Made by a program: the position numbers and the translations under genes. Shown one piece after another: positions 62,576 to 64,000 of a stretch of 64,000 nt of DNA (its first letter is position 1; every line of letters starts with the position of its first letter). Where the stretch lies: contig NC_086109.1 in the NCBI RefSeq assembly GCF_963921235.1, positions 6,636,001 through 6,700,000 of the forward strand, read 5' to 3'. This DNA comes from Mobula hypostoma. Lineage: Eukaryota. The notes under the pieces were generated by a model. The model made no database searches. It saw nothing but the letters and a program-made list of their open reading frames with translations, and was not told the DNA's origin.

Positions 62576-64000
62576 TTGATTATACTATATGTACATAAAA
62601 TGCTAGGCACAGGAATGTCTATATAAAGTGGCTCTGAACTCTGACAAGAAATGATAAAGTAGTGGTGGTGAAGTTAGTTATTGGGTGGAGGTGTTGATCA
62701 ACCTTACTGCTTGTAATGTATAAAATTTGGTGAGTTGACAAGCAGACCAGGCAAGCAGTTGCCTGTTCGTGTTGTACTCAGACTTGCACCTTACAGCCAG
62801 TATCCTCAACTGCTAAATTACAATTCCTGGGTACTGTCTTTCATTGACAGTAAGGGGACACATCCACTAGCCCTTGCTGTTGATGTTGAATTGCTAGTCA
62901 AACACTGGTGATAAGACCACCTATTGTCCTTTGGCTTATGAGAGTAGCAAATGCTCGAAAATTTTGGGTGGAGGGCTTCAATGTCTGTAATAATAAGTGG
63001 CATCATTGAGTTTTGGATAAAATATCGCCAGAGCAGTCTGTAGTAAAAAATGTGCACATGAACACAAGAAATAAACTTCCAGGCCCTTATTCATATCTAT
63101 CTTCTCAATGCAGATTATGTTGACGGGAATTGGTCTTGTCCTTTCTCTAGTGCTGTCATAGAGCATTACTGCATTGATATAGGCCCCTTTGGTGCAATGA
63201 ATCCATGCCGATCACAGTGCCCATCCAGCTAGACCCAGTTTCCTACATTTGGCCCATGTCTCGAAGCCTTGTCCCTATCCAAGTGCTTCTTAAGTGATGC
63301 TACTGTACCCATCTCAACCACTTCCTGTGGCAGCTCGTTCCATATACCGGCCACCTTCTGTGTGAAAATATATATCCCTCACCAAATCATGTGACATGAT
63401 CGTTATGATGGGCCATCACCAAAATCTAATCTTGTGGCCTGGTGTACCTTTATTTTGTCACCACTTGATGGTGGACAGAGGCAGACAAAAATGCTAGTCT
63501 TGTCTCTGTTCTGATTGACAAAACAAAATCAGAAGTTGTGGGGATTCTAAGTATTTATTAATTTATAAATTGCATTATCTAGGCCTGCAGCTTGTGTAGT
63601 TCCATCACTACAAGAGTGTAAATGCTGTCTGAAATATATAGCTAGGGTGCCTAAGACTTTTGCATAGTACTGTGTGTGTGTGTGTGTGTGTAATAGATAG
63701 TGTTCATGGACCCTTCAGAAGTTTTGACAATGGAGAGAAAGAAGCTGTCCTTAAGCGTTGAAGGTGTGTCTTCAGGTTCCGATACCTTCTCCGTAATGGT
63801 AGTAATACAAAGAGGGCATGTCTTGGATGGTGAGGGTCCTTAGTGATGAATACTGCCTTCGGGCACCACGTTTTTAAGATGTCCTCAATGGTTTGGAGGT
63901 TTAGAAACATAGAAAACCTACAGCACAATACAGGACCTTCGGCCCACAAAGCTGTGCCGAACATGTCCTCACCCCAGAAATTACCTGCTGTTTCCCATAG

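Noticed and set aside
62700..63170. Possible further CPSF6-like exon or RS domain
   Set aside because: Candidate acceptors hit stops within a few codons, and no RS/RD-rich frame is visible
1..64000. CRISPR arrays, rRNA, prokaryotic operons and most short ORFs in the supplied track
   Set aside because: No repeat-spacer arrays or rRNA signatures; the short ORFs fall in decayed repeats or random frames of intronic DNA

Overview
Repeat-rich eukaryotic genomic DNA; the mix of CR1, Penelope, Tc1, tRNA-SINE and L1 elements suggests a cartilaginous fish (inference). The left half holds two tandem minus-strand GH18 chitinase (CHIA-like) gene starts. Copy B has exons at 11585-11609, 10126-10155 and 9164-9368, an open frame, and has lost cleft aromatics. 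Copy A has exons at 19580-19609 and 19002-19206 and an in-frame TAA. An orphan CpG-island promoter lies between them at about 15.5 kb. The right half holds a plus-strand, divergent CPSF6/CPSF7 (CFIm large subunit) paralogue: seven phase-compatible exons from 31622 to 58778, with the 3' end probably outside the window. Its introns carry an RPL12 retrocopy and a solo LTR inserted 10 nt from a splice acceptor. The most striking non-coding signal is a set of Penelope-like element tails with minimal hammerhead ribozyme motifs; several are short TSD-flanked fold-back insertions whose inversion junction sits at the ribozyme. A young 5'-inverted (twin-priming type) L1 is nested in an older L1. Everything was read by eye, no database searches were run, and boundaries of old repeats are approximate.
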